Made by a program: the position numbers and the translations under genes. Shown here in pieces: positions 9,671 to 19,471 of a DNA stretch of 64,000 nucleotides. The notes beneath the pieces are model-generated. The model saw only the letters and a list, made by a program, of their open reading frames with translations. It was not told where the DNA came from and searched no databases. The stretch comes from an uncultured Acidimicrobiales bacterium (GTDB lineage: Bacteria > Actinomycetota > Acidimicrobiia > Acidimicrobiales > RAAP-2): the NCBI GenBank assembly GCA_963769825.1, contig CAVYNO010000019.1, positions 29,852 through 93,851 on the forward strand. Direction: 5' to 3'. Within the stretch, counting starts at the first letter, position 1; every line of letters begins with the position of its first letter.

Positions 9671-10576
9671 TCATGACGGCTTCCCGCGACGGGCATCGAC
9701 CTCTCCGAACGGAGGTCGTTCGAGCTGCTCCCGGATGGGGACGAACGGCGGCTGCAGGGCGTGGCGACGCTGCCAATTGGCCCCGTCCACCACCATGGTG
9801 TGGCCGCTGATGTAGGAGGCATAGGGCGAGCAGAGGTAGGTGGCGGCCCAACCCAGTTCCCGCGGGAAGCCGACCCGGCCGGCCGGCACCCGTGAATCCT
9901 GCCCCTCGTACTTTCCGGGCACCGCGGCGATGGCCGCCGTCTCGTCCTCGTGAGGCATCAATCCCGGCACCAGCCCGTTGACCCGGATCCCGTAGGGGGC
10001 CCACTCGACGGCCAGCGTCTCGGTGAGGTTCTTGACGCCCGCCTTGGCCGCCGCCGAGTGGGCGAAGCCGGGGCCCCCCGTCCACGCATACGAGGCGCCG
10101 ACGTTGACGATCGCCCCGTCCCGCATGGTGGGGATGAGCCGGCGCGCCAGGTCCCGGCAGCACAGGTACGTGCCGTTGAGGACGATGTCGACGACCGTAC
10201 GCCAGGCATTGGGGCTCATGTCCTCGGCCGGCACCGGAAAGTTGCCGGCGGCATTGTTGACCAGCACGTCGATGTGGCCCAAGGCCTGCTCGACCTCGTC
10301 GAAGGCCAGGGCGACGGATTCGGGTTGCCGAATATCACACGGCGAGCCAATGGCCCTCCCGCCGGCGGCTTCCACCGAGGCCACCCCCGCGGCCCGGTGT
10401 GCCTCGTCGCGGCTGAGAATCCCGACCGAAGCCCGGAGCCGGCCGAACTCGGTGGCGATGGCCTTGCCCAGCCCCGTGCCTCCTCCGGTCACGACGACCA
10501 CCCGACCCTCGTAGGTCCCGTCCGGCAACGCCGATGCGCCGATCGGGGGCGGTGGTCGGAGGCCAGGCGGGGTCAT
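9671..10576 (-). CDS. SDR-family oxidoreductase (2,4-dienoyl-CoA reductase-like)
   Basis: ORF 9671..10576. VVVVTGGGTGLGKAIA Rossmann motif, NNAAGNF, and SYAWTGGPGFAHSAAAKAG (YxxxK-type region). Confidence 0.85.
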   Translation of the reverse strand: MTPPGLRPPPPIGASALPDGTYEGRVVVVTGGGTGLGKAIATEFGRLRASVGILSRDEAHRAAGVASVEAAGGRAIGSPCDIRQPESVALAFDEVEQALGHIDVLVNNAAGNFPVPAEDMSPNAWRTVVDIVLNGTYLCCRDLARRLIPTMRDGAIVNVGASYAWTGGPGFAHSAAAKAGVKNLTETLAVEWAPYGIRVNGLVPGLMPHEDETAAIAAVPGKYEGQDSRVPAGRVGFPRELGWAATYLCSPYASYISGHTMVVDGANWQRRHALQPPFVPIREQLERPPFGEVDARRGKPS

Positions 10577-10773
10577 GGCGGGAGAGCCTAGGCCTGAGGT
10601 CAGCGGGCTTGGTCGGGGTCAGCCGCCGGGGCTCGCGATGTCCGCGACGGGTTCGTGGTGGGGCCTCTCGGGGTTCGGAGCAGGGACCCCTCGGGCTCGG
10701 GCTGGGTCCGTCGGGGCTCGGAGCATGAGCCCCCGGGGCTCGGGACTGTGGACCCCGGGTAGCCTCGTCGACC

Positions 10774-11955
10774 GTGGACTTCGACCTATCACCCGAGCTC
10801 GCCGCTCTCCAGCAGAGTGTCAGGCGTCTGGCCCAGGACAAGGTCAAGCCGCGGGCCCGGGAGATCGACACCACCGGCGAATATCCGGCCGACATCTTCG
10901 ACGCCTTCCGCCAGGCCGACCTGCTCGGGCTTTGCCTGCCGACCGAGCTCGGCGGCTCGGGCGCGGGGATTCTCGGTCTGACCATCGCCATCGAAGAGGT
11001 GGCCAAGTACTCGAACGCCGCCGCCCTGATGCTCCTGCTGACCCGACTGCCGGTGGGGCCCGTGCTCATCGCCGGCAGCGACCAGCAGAAGAAGCGCTAC
11101 CTCCCGGGGATCGCCTCGGGCGAGCTGCGCGCCGGCTTCGGGCTGTCCGAGGCCCAGGCCGGGAGCGACGTGGCCGGCATGTCGACCAGGGCGGTTCCCG
11201 ACACGACGGCGGGGGCCGAGGGCGGCTGGGTACTCAACGGGACCAAGTGCTGGATGTCCGGGGTGCGCGAGGCCGACTGGTACACGGTCTTCGCCAAGAC
11301 GGGCGATCCCGCATCCCGGGCCCACGACTCGATCACCGCCTTCATCGTGGAGCGGTCCTGGGATGGGGTGTCGGTCGGCCGGACCGACCACAAGATGGGG
11401 GTCCGCGGGGTCGACACCGGTGAGCTCGTCCTGGAGGACGTGCATGTGCCGGCCGAGAACGTCATCGGTGAGGTAGGCGGGTTCCGCCTGGCCATGCTGG
11501 GGCTCAATGCCATGCGCCCGATCGTGGCCGCCCGGGGCATCGGCTTGGCCGAGGGCGCGCTCATGTACGCAACGGAATACGTGCGCCATCGCGAGGCGTT
11601 CGGAGGGACCATCTCCGACTTCCAGGGGATCCAGTGGGAGATTGCCAAGCTGGCCGTCGACATCGAAGCCGCCCGACTGCTCACGTACCGGTCCGCCTGG
11701 CTCGCCGACCAGGGAAAGTTCACCAAGGAGTACGTGCCGTTCCTGTCGATGGCCAAGTACCACGCCACCGAGCTGGCGGTGCGTGCCTCGGGGCTGGCGG
11801 TGCAGCTTCTCGGGGCGGCCGGTTACATGGAGGACCATCCGACCGAGCTCTGGTACCGCGACGCCCGGCAGTTGACCATCGTCGAGGGAACCTCCCAGGT
11901 CCAGCTCGGGCTCATCGCCCGGGGCGTGCTCGCCCACGATCTGTGGTGGGACTGA
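10774..11955 (+). CDS. Acyl-CoA dehydrogenase
   Basis: ORF 10774..11955 (GTG start). GFGLSEAQAGSDVAGM, QGIQWEIA and TIVEGTSQVQ are typical ACAD motifs. Confidence 0.9.
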   Translation: MDFDLSPELAALQQSVRRLAQDKVKPRAREIDTTGEYPADIFDAFRQADLLGLCLPTELGGSGAGILGLTIAIEEVAKYSNAAALMLLLTRLPVGPVLIAGSDQQKKRYLPGIASGELRAGFGLSEAQAGSDVAGMSTRAVPDTTAGAEGGWVLNGTKCWMSGVREADWYTVFAKTGDPASRAHDSITAFIVERSWDGVSVGRTDHKMGVRGVDTGELVLEDVHVPAENVIGEVGGFRLAMLGLNAMRPIVAARGIGLAEGALMYATEYVRHREAFGGTISDFQGIQWEIAKLAVDIEAARLLTYRSAWLADQGKFTKEYVPFLSMAKYHATELAVRASGLAVQLLGAAGYMEDHPTELWYRDARQLTIVEGTSQVQLGLIARGVLAHDLWWD

Positions 11956-13124
11956 TGGCCACGTCTTCGGGGACTGCTCCACAAGGGACTGCCCCGAAGG
12001 GCACCGCCCCGCCGCCCCCGTCAACCCCCTCCGACCGGCCGGCCTCCGGACCGGACTTCGATGCCCTGGGCGGCTGGCCCGGCTTGCTGACGGAGTTGCT
12101 GGCCGGGAACTCCCTGACTGCGCAGCAGGCGGAGGCGGTCTTCGGCGAAGTCCTGTCGGGCCAGGCCTCGCCGGCCCAGATCGCCGCCCTCGCCGTGGCG
12201 CTACGGGCCAAGGGGGAGTCGGTCGAGGAGATGACCGGGTTCGTCCGGGCCATGGTGGGCCATGCCGTTCCCCTCGGGCTGCCGGCCGGAACCGAGGTCA
12301 TCGACACCTGCGGCACGGGTGGCGACCGGTTGCGGAGCATCAACGTCTCGACCATCGCGGCCCTAGTGGTGGCGGCCACCGGCGCAAAGGTCTGCAAGCA
12401 CGGCGGGCGGGCGTCGTCATCCGCAGTAGGCGCGGCCGACGTGCTCGAGGCCCTGGGCGTGGTGGCCGATCTCGGTCCCGAGGGCGTGGTCCGGTGCATC
12501 GACGACGTGGGCATGGGATTCTGCTTCGCCCCCCGTTTCCATCCGGCCATGCGGTTCGCCGCACCAGTGCGGAAGGAGCTCGGGATCCCGACGGTCTTCA
12601 ACTTCCTCGGGCCGCTGGCCAACCCCGGCCGGGCGCGATTCCAGGTGCTGGGTGTCAGCAACCCGGCGATGGCCGAGACCATGCTCGGAGTGCTCGCTGC
12701 CAATGGGGCGAAGCGGGCCATGATCGTCTACGGCGACGACGGCCTCGACGAGCTCAGCACCACCGGGCCCTCGACGGTGCACGAGCTCGTTCTCGACCAG
12801 TCCGGCGGCTACCAGACCACTCGCTACCGGGTCGACCCCGTCGAGCTCGGCCTGGCGCCGGCCAGCATCGAAGAGCTCCGGGGCGGAGATGCGGCCGTCA
12901 ACGCCGAGGCCATCCGTCGGGTGATCGGCGGACAGCCTTCACCGCACCGTGACATCGCAGTGCTCAACGCCGCCGCCGCACTGGTGGTCATCGGTCAGGC
13001 GGCTGATCTGGCGGCCGGCGTCTCGTTGGCGTGCCAGGTGATCGACAACGGTCGGGCTCAGCGCGTGCTCGACGAACTGATCCGAGTGTCGGTGTCCGCC
13101 GCGGCGGAGGAATCGGGAGCGTAG
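11955..13124 (+). CDS. trpD: Anthranilate phosphoribosyltransferase
   Basis: ATG 11955 overlaps the ACAD stop (TGATG) inside ORF 11634..13124. DTCGTGGD, KHGGRASSS and NFLGPLANP motifs. Confidence 0.9.
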   Translation: MATSSGTAPQGTAPKGTAPPPPSTPSDRPASGPDFDALGGWPGLLTELLAGNSLTAQQAEAVFGEVLSGQASPAQIAALAVALRAKGESVEEMTGFVRAMVGHAVPLGLPAGTEVIDTCGTGGDRLRSINVSTIAALVVAATGAKVCKHGGRASSSAVGAADVLEALGVVADLGPEGVVRCIDDVGMGFCFAPRFHPAMRFAAPVRKELGIPTVFNFLGPLANPGRARFQVLGVSNPAMAETMLGVLAANGAKRAMIVYGDDGLDELSTTGPSTVHELVLDQSGGYQTTRYRVDPVELGLAPASIEELRGGDAAVNAEAIRRVIGGQPSPHRDIAVLNAAAALVVIGQAADLAAGVSLACQVIDNGRAQRVLDELIRVSVSAAAEESGA

Positions 13125-14131
13125 GCAACCGTCGGATCTTGCCGGTCGGCGGCCGGCCGATCGTCCCGGAGCTCGCCGGCGGGCCCTTTCTGGCGACGCC
13201 GGCGGCGTCTCCTCTTCGTCCGGGCGTTGAAGGGAGGGGACCAGGTCTCGATCAGGCGTGCCTGTTCGATCGATGCGGTGAGTGGTCCTGAGCAGACGCC
13301 ATGGTGCACTGAGTGCAGCTGACGGAGCAGGCGAGCCGAGAGGGATCGCCGCTCTGCGGCGAAATGGGACCGAACGCCGGCACGCAGGTCGTCGGCGCGA
13401 CCTACGTAGAGGACCTCGCCGACCGCGTTGGCGAACCAGTAGACGCCGGGAGCGTGCGGGAGCCGGGCGGTGAGCCGGAGCTTGCGTGCCTGGGGGTGGC
13501 CGACGAGTCGCGGCAGGTCGAGGAGCTCGGCGAGCTCCACGATCCCGTAGGAACCGGCCCGCTCGAGCAGGACATGGAGGAGGTCGCCGGTGGCGAGGAC
13601 ATCGTCGAGTGCCCGGTGCGTGGGGCGGTGGGGAAGGCCGAGGGCGCTGGCGAGCGTGGCTAGCTTGCAGTTGGCCACGGAGTCGCGGACCAAGCGACGG
13701 GCCAGGGCCAGGGTGTCCACTGTGTAGTTGGGCAGTGGATCGCGGGCCGTCGACGCCATGGCGTGGTCGAGGAAGGACACGTCGAAGCGGATGTTGTGGC
13801 CGACCAGCACGGCACCGCCGATGAACTCCAGGAACGAGGGAAGCATGGCGCCGGACGTCGGAGCGCCGGACACCATGGCGTCCGTGATGCCGGTGAGCGC
13901 GCTGATGAAGGGCGGGATCCGTTGGTCAGGGCGGACCAGGGTCTGGAAGGTGCCGAGCATCTCGCCGCCCCGGAACCGAGCGGCGGCGACCTCGGTCAAC
14001 GAGGAGGACTGAGGTGAGCCACCGGTGGTCTCGACGTCGACCACCACGAAGGTCACCTCGAACAGCGAAGCCTCGAGTCCGTCGAACGATCCCCGGAGCG
14101 CGAGCGCCATGGCCGACACTTTAGCGAACAC
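13058..14131 (-). CDS. DEDDh 3'-5' exonuclease (DnaQ-like) fused to a GIY-YIG nuclease domain
   Basis: ORF 13058..14131. VVDVETTGG, VGHNIRFDVSFL and HRALDDV (Exo I-III), then GVYWFANAVGEVLYVGRADDLRAGVRSHF (GIY-YIG). The 3' end overlaps the trpD 3' end by 67 nt. I recall the same trpD neighbour in M. tuberculosis (Rv2191). Confidence 0.75.
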   Translation of the reverse strand: MFAKVSAMALALRGSFDGLEASLFEVTFVVVDVETTGGSPQSSSLTEVAAARFRGGEMLGTFQTLVRPDQRIPPFISALTGITDAMVSGAPTSGAMLPSFLEFIGGAVLVGHNIRFDVSFLDHAMASTARDPLPNYTVDTLALARRLVRDSVANCKLATLASALGLPHRPTHRALDDVLATGDLLHVLLERAGSYGIVELAELLDLPRLVGHPQARKLRLTARLPHAPGVYWFANAVGEVLYVGRADDLRAGVRSHFAAERRSLSARLLRQLHSVHHGVCSGPLTASIEQARLIETWSPPFNARTKRRRRRRRQKGPAGELRDDRPAADRQDPTVAYAPDSSAAADTDTRISSSSTR

Positions 14132-14234
14132 CTGTTCGTTATCCGGTGGATGACGCCCCCGTTCCCCGACTACGTTGTACCTGGTGGCCGCCGAATCCTC
14201 CTCGATCAGGACGTCAGCCGGGGACCCAGCCGTG

Positions 14235-14459
14235 ATGACCGCTCCGACCCGCTACCGGTGCGGGGCCTGCGGCAATCTGACTCGTTTCGACGTGATCGCG
14301 AACCGACGGACCAAGGCATTCCATCACTACTCGGTGGGTGGGGACCTGACCATCGAGGACGTGGAGGTCCTGGACGAGTCCGTGGAGGAGGTGTCGTGCC
14401 GGTGGTGTGGCCATGGCGACGCGATCGAAGTCCTCGCGGAGGGGCCCCCGCCGGCGTAG
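14235..14459 (+). CDS. Small zinc-ribbon protein (two CxxC pairs)
   Basis: ATG 14235 inside ORF 14175..14459. CGACGN ... CRWCGHG. Confidence 0.5.
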   Translation: MTAPTRYRCGACGNLTRFDVIANRRTKAFHHYSVGGDLTIEDVEVLDESVEEVSCRWCGHGDAIEVLAEGPPPA

Positions 14460-14629
14460 TCCCGACCGATCGCCAGCGGTCGGGGGCGGCGTCCGAGGCT
14501 AACGACCGGGGCGCACCGAACCCGCTCGCGGACCCGCACTTCGTCAGCGGCCTGCGGCCCATTCCGACCCGAGTCGGCTCCGATGCCATCAAGACATCGG
14601 CCGGGCTGCCCGCTTCCGACCTCAGAGGG

Positions 14630-15028
14630 GTGAGCCCGGCTGGGGATGCGGTCGAGGTTGCCATCGGTGGGTATGGGCGGGTCCTCCTGGCCTTCTTGGC
14701 GACGAAGTGCGACGGGTGCGACGCGTTCTGGAAGGGCCTGGCCGGCGCCGGAGAGGCCGAGGGGCAGGAGCGGCCGCGACTGCCGCCGGACGTGACGCCG
14801 GTCATCGTGACCAGGGGTCCCGGCACGGTGGCGCCCGGGGCGGTGGCCGGGCTGGCTGCTCCTGGTGGCAGCCTGGTGGTGATGAGCGACCAGGCCTGGG
14901 CCGACTACCAGGTGTCGGGGTACCCGTTCTTCGTGTTGGTCAACGGTTCGACCCGCACCATCGTCGCCGAGACCGTGGGGTTCGGTTGGGACGACCTCGT
15001 CGAGCTCGTGCTCGGCTCAGATCGATGA
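14630..15028 (+). CDS. Thioredoxin-fold (TlpA/redoxin-like) protein, start uncertain
   Basis: Distal part of ORF 14150..15028. LLAFLATKCDGCDAFW (CxxC) and GYPFFVLVNG. No in-frame ATG after the upstream gene. GTG 14630 is the first plausible start. Confidence 0.45.
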   Translation: MSPAGDAVEVAIGGYGRVLLAFLATKCDGCDAFWKGLAGAGEAEGQERPRLPPDVTPVIVTRGPGTVAPGAVAGLAAPGGSLVVMSDQAWADYQVSGYPFFVLVNGSTRTIVAETVGFGWDDLVELVLGSDR

Positions 15029-15176
15029 GGTGCGCCGATCACCGCCTGACGAGCGTCGGTTACCGGCGGTTAAATGGAGCCGAGGGCCATCCTCGAACGG
15101 GCTGTGTCCTCAAGCGGTCATCGCAACGGCTTCGGCGAACGCCTTTGATGGTGTCATCCATCTCGCGACCCGTTAG

Positions 15177-16016
15177 TCACCAAGAGTGGAAGTCGCTATT
15201 CGAGAATCGTTCGACAGGCATCTGGAGTTCAATCACGTTGAGTCCTGGATCTTCATCGTGGAGCTCGTGGTACAGCTCTCGACTTCGTCCGGCCAGTTGG
15301 TAGCCACTCTCATCGATCCAGCGGACAAGACTCTCGTACACGGGTACCACTGAGTCCATGGGTCCGCGGTAGATCACAGAGGCGACTTCGACCACTGGAA
15401 GGTCAACCACGCGAACCTGGTCACCATTCACCACGGGCTGGTCCCCGATATCGAACCCCCCGTGGATCACAACAGTTCCTTCGTCGGAGGGCTCGTCGTA
15501 CCATGCGACGCACAATCCGGGTCGAACCCGCTGCCGTCCGAGGTAGGCGGCGACTTCGGGGTAGAGCCGAGCGAATATCGGGCCAAGTTCAGGACCGAAG
15601 CCCGGCGCGGTGTCGAACGCTTCGGCGACCCGAAGAGGTTCGGTGCGTTTGACCACGATGTCCTGTGTGTCCATAGGACTCCCTTCCAGGGCACGAAGGT
15701 GCCCCTCAACTCGGCGAAGTTTCTCTAGCTCCTCAGCGACGGTCTTTTCGATTTGGGCCCGTCGTAGTCGCAGCATTCCGTGAAGTTGATCCTTTGTGGG
15801 TTCATCTTCGAAGAGATCGCGGATCTGATCGAGGGAGAAACCGAGATCTCGCAGGGCCACAAGCCGATGGAGACGAGAAAGCTGGCCCACCGAGTAGGAC
15901 CGGTAACCCGTAGTGGGATCGACTCGCTCCGGTGCCAGAAGCCCGAGTTCGTGGTAATGGCGCAGCATTCGGGGCGAGACCTGGCCGAGCTGGGCGAACT
16001 CTCCGATACTTAACAT
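15177..16016 (-). CDS. MerR-family transcriptional regulator with a GyrI-like effector-binding domain
   Basis: ORF 15177..16016. N-terminal MLSIGEFAQLGQVSPRMLRHYHELGLLAP...GYRSYS MerR HTH, a coiled-coil linker, and a C-terminal ~150-aa GyrI-like region. Confidence 0.85.
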   Translation of the reverse strand: MLSIGEFAQLGQVSPRMLRHYHELGLLAPERVDPTTGYRSYSVGQLSRLHRLVALRDLGFSLDQIRDLFEDEPTKDQLHGMLRLRRAQIEKTVAEELEKLRRVEGHLRALEGSPMDTQDIVVKRTEPLRVAEAFDTAPGFGPELGPIFARLYPEVAAYLGRQRVRPGLCVAWYDEPSDEGTVVIHGGFDIGDQPVVNGDQVRVVDLPVVEVASVIYRGPMDSVVPVYESLVRWIDESGYQLAGRSRELYHELHDEDPGLNVIELQMPVERFSNSDFHSW

Positions 16017-16026
16017 GACCTGACCA

Positions 16027-16057
16027 GTAATACAGCTTCACACTGTGTGAGGGTCAA
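16027..16057 (-). promoter_or_regulatory. MerR-type promoter: TTGACC, 19-nt spacer with palindrome, TATTAC
   Basis: The minus strand reads TTGACC (16057-16052), ctcacacagtgtgaagctg (19 nt) and TATTAC (16032-16027), then 10 nt to the merR-like ATG. The spacer contains TCACA-N3-TGTGA (16038-16050). Confidence 0.5.
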
Positions 16058-16761
16058 GACCTCGGTGTGGGCCGGAATGGAAGTCGGGATGGACCTTCGG
16101 GGACGGTCGATAGCCGCCCCGTTCCCGGCGAAGCTGGCTATCCAGCGCACATCGCTTTGTCGGGATTTGGAGACACCGTTTCAGAGTCGCGTCGGAACTC
16201 CACGGGGCAGGTTCGGCACGATTTGATGCGCAGGCCATGGTCGGCAGAAAGCGGATGCGGCTGTGGTCGTGCGAAGGACAGGCTAAGTGCGTTGAGGACA
16301 CGCAGCGAATCCTCAGTCGCTCAAAACGCGGCAGCTATGGGGATAGCAACGTCCGACGGCTGGATGACGATATTCGAGACCTCTAGTCATCATTTTTGAT
16401 GATTGTGATCGCCTCTGACCTTACCTATCGTCCTACGTAGAGACCGTTGCCTCCGGCAATGGAAGTTGGTGCGCGCAAGATCGCCAAGCGGTACCTGATA
16501 ACACAAGGGCCATCCAGCTGGCCGAGCCGCCGCCCAGCTGTGAAGGATGGAGGCGGCATGCTGTTTGGGGATAGGCACCATCACCACCATTTGTGAAGAC
16601 CGCGATCGCAAGCAATCGGTCTGCTCGCGCGCACTTACTACGTCGATCCGACCGTTAGCACCGCGATCCACGGTACCGGCCGAGATCCCTATCGGCGGTA
16701 TAGCTACGCCACCGACGCAGACCGACGGACCTCGTTCCGAGGACAAGCCTAAGGAGCCGGC

Positions 16762-17385
16762 ATGAGACGACTCGCCAGACTGGCAGCGGCCGTCGCGGTC
16801 GCCCTGACGGCCTTTACCGCTATCGGCGTGGGCATCGATCAGCACACGCCTGCCGGAGCCGATCCGGGAACCGCCTGCAAGCAGGAGTCGGACACGCCCG
16901 GCCTGAACTTCACGCACGGCAACCCACTAACGGGTATCTCCTCGCCGTCCGGCTACTACTACCTCGGTGTCACGAGCGGACCAGCCTGCCGGGTCGGGAC
17001 CACCGTCACCCTTGCCGCGACCATCCGCGTGACCTCGATGACCAATGCAGCCGGACCGCTACCCCCTCCGGGCCGCATCCAGCAATGGTTCGCCCTGTTC
17101 CACCGGGGGACCAGCGCAGCCGGCACGGGCTTCGGCCTGAGCAACGATCCGGCCAACGTTCATATCCTCTGGGACACGGCCACGACGACGACCTGTCACC
17201 CGCCGACTAACTCAGCGCCGCAGCTCTGCCTTAACGCTCCGGGCGACCACACCATCGTGCTCATCTATCACGGTCCCGACGTGTGGAACCTGGCCCACGG
17301 CGGCACGGCCGGGTTCCGCATCGACAACATGGCGGCGGACCGAAGGACCGTCTGCGACTACGCCGAGCTATGGATCGTCACGTGA
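16762..17385 (+). CDS. Secreted hypothetical protein
   Basis: ORF 16762..17385. Signal-peptide-like MRRLARLAAAVAVALTAFTAIGVG. No recognisable domain. Confidence 0.6.
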   Translation: MRRLARLAAAVAVALTAFTAIGVGIDQHTPAGADPGTACKQESDTPGLNFTHGNPLTGISSPSGYYYLGVTSGPACRVGTTVTLAATIRVTSMTNAAGPLPPPGRIQQWFALFHRGTSAAGTGFGLSNDPANVHILWDTATTTTCHPPTNSAPQLCLNAPGDHTIVLIYHGPDVWNLAHGGTAGFRIDNMAADRRTVCDYAELWIVT

Positions 17386-17677
17386 GCCAGACGACCCTGG
17401 CTTCCTGGTCGACCTCTCTTCGAACAGCGGCAACCCAATCGACTACAGAGCGGCCAAACGGGCCAGCGTGATCGCCGCGTTCGTCAAGGCGAACCTCGTT
17501 CGATGGATGGGCAGTGCCGGGGTGGGCAAGAGGCGGATGCGGCTGTGGTTGTGCGAGGAACACGCTGAGGGTCTGGAGGACCTGCGGCGAATCGCTGGTG
17601 GCCCCTAACGAATCCTCTTTGAGTCAAGAGGGCGTTTCCAGGCACATCCGGGCGTGTGGATAACTGCCTACCGATTG

Positions 17678-18021
17678 ATGGTGAGCGTCGCCGCCCTGAT
17701 TGATCTGAGGGCCTTCACCAACCACCGAAGCGCATCTACGGCCTGCGGTTTGAAAAGCGTGAGAAGAATCTGACCGACCCCAGTGCGAGAGCCGGGGCAA
17801 TACACATCTTCAAGCACCTGAAACACCATGGGTACCCCTTCCCTCCCGACGAGGTCAGAGCCTGGGCAGTGGCTAATCGGTGGCGACCACGGGACGCCCA
17901 GGAGTTAGGCCACTATGCGGAAGGCATCCTGGAGGGAAAGCGGTACCACACGGCCCCCGATCCCTTTGGCCAATTGGCCATTGAATGGTGGCGAGCCACA
18001 GCAGCGGAGACTGCTTCATGA
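17678..18021 (+). pseudogene. Orphan reading frame without a usable start (possible frameshifted hypothetical gene)
   Basis: Frame 1 is open from 17704 to TGA 18019-18021 (…IHIFKHLKHHGYPFPPDEVRAWAVANRWRPRDAQELGHYAEGILEGKRYHT…) but has no ATG. A short ATG ORF (MVSVAALIDLRAFTNH…) starts at 17678 in frame 2. Confidence 0.2.
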
Positions 18022-18197
18022 CCGCCGGACCCTGCCCCAGCGTCGCCGGGTAGGTGGGACAGTCAGGGTGCTCCGACCGACACGTCAGGGCTAGTGCAGG
18101 CTGCGCTGGGAGTCCCACTTGGCAACCGGTGTTCCCCGGAGGACGGACCCGGAGGACCAATGAACCCCGGTCGCACAACCGTGGAACAATCCCTGGC

Positions 18198-18497
18198 ATG
18201 GACGAGCCGCCGGAGCTTCAATGCAACGGACACTGGAGAATGGCTGTCTGGACCCTCCGAGCGGGGTACGTCGGCCTGGCCGTCGCCATCGCCGGCCTCA
18301 TCGTGATGTCGTTGGGATCCACGCCGTGGGTCCTGGCGCTCGGGGTAATCATCTGGCTCGCCGCCGCCGCCGTCACGTTGGCGGGCGTCTACTGGTCCCG
18401 GCACGAGCTTCCCGAGCCGCGACCTGGGTACTGGTCGATGCGGTTCATGCTCATCCACGATACGGTCCACGCCCGGTCGTCGGCTCAGCGGTCCTGA
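18198..18497 (+). CDS. Small membrane protein (2 predicted TM segments)
   Basis: ATG 18198 in ORF 18054..18497. Hydrophobic stretches GYVGLAVAIAGLIVMSL and VLALGVIIWLAAAAVTLAGVYW. Confidence 0.45.
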   Translation: MDEPPELQCNGHWRMAVWTLRAGYVGLAVAIAGLIVMSLGSTPWVLALGVIIWLAAAAVTLAGVYWSRHELPEPRPGYWSMRFMLIHDTVHARSSAQRS

Positions 18498-18788
18498 CGC
18501 TCCTCCCGTCGCGGCTGCGTCCGCCGTGCGGCAGTCTCCAGTCTTGTCGACCCGACCGGGATGTGCCGATCCCGACGGATGATCTGGGTCCCTATCGCCG
18601 GTCATGTGCGTAGTGAGCCGGACCCCAATGCAAGGAAATTGATCTCAATCCGGATGCAGATGTCACACCGGTGACAGCAAAGTGCTTCACTCGCCGTTCA
18701 GACTGGACTTACCGACAAAGCGATCCTGGGCACGACGCCCGCAAAGGCTCTCGACTTTGTGAGATCCATCGAGCCCAGCGAGGTGGTC

Positions 18789-19214
18789 ATGAACAGAACG
18801 GATCGCAAGGCACGATTCTCCAGGTCGCTGGGGATGGGAGTGGCAGGAGCTGCGGCCTTTCTTCTTCTCGCCAGTGACCCCGCATGGGCTCCGCCGCATG
18901 GCCCCCCCTCACCACCCAAGCCACCCACAGGTGTCTCAGTTTCTACAGGGAACACTGTGGCAACGGTCTCATGGAACCCGGCTGCATTCAGTGTCTACGG
19001 CTACATTCCGACTGGATACATCGCAACGGCTTTTCAGCGGCGTTCACCAGTCCAAACATGCATAGCGTCAAACGCGGTATTGAAGTGCCCCTTGACCGGA
19101 CTGACCAACGGACAGCTCTACAAGGTTGACGTGAGGACGACCTACCTGGGTAGGCACTTTGTGCCGAGGGTGTCGAGGCCGTCACTGCGGGTTGAGTTCA
19201 CTCCCAAGCCTTAG
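18789..19214 (+). CDS. Secreted fibronectin type III-like domain protein
   Basis: ATG 18789 in ORF 18759..19214. Signal peptide ends in ...LLLASDPAWA. PPTGVSVSTGNTVATVSWNP...LTGLTNGQLYKVDV is an FN3-like pattern. Confidence 0.6.
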   Translation: MNRTDRKARFSRSLGMGVAGAAAFLLLASDPAWAPPHGPPSPPKPPTGVSVSTGNTVATVSWNPAAFSVYGYIPTGYIATAFQRRSPVQTCIASNAVLKCPLTGLTNGQLYKVDVRTTYLGRHFVPRVSRPSLRVEFTPKP

Positions 19215-19471
19215 CTCCCGTGCCCGTCAAGGTCTGCAGGATCGCAGGCCCGGTTTATCGCACAGACCCGAAGTCCCTGTGCCACGACCACACTCTGACT
19301 CGGCGAACTCCATCGATTGCAGCATTGTCCTGACGGTGAACCAAGGGAATCGTGGGCTGGCCTGCGTCGGCGGGTTGTCTGGTGTATTGAGCCTGTCAGG
19401 ACCCCGTGGCACTCCGCCTCCCGACGGACCGGGCGTCAGGGATAATGGATCGTGCAGCTGAGGAGGGACAA

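Noticed and set aside
10789-12024. 411-aa minus-strand ORF
   Set aside because: Antisense shadow of the acyl-CoA dehydrogenase gene 10774..11955. It is Arg/Gly/Pro-rich and has no motifs.
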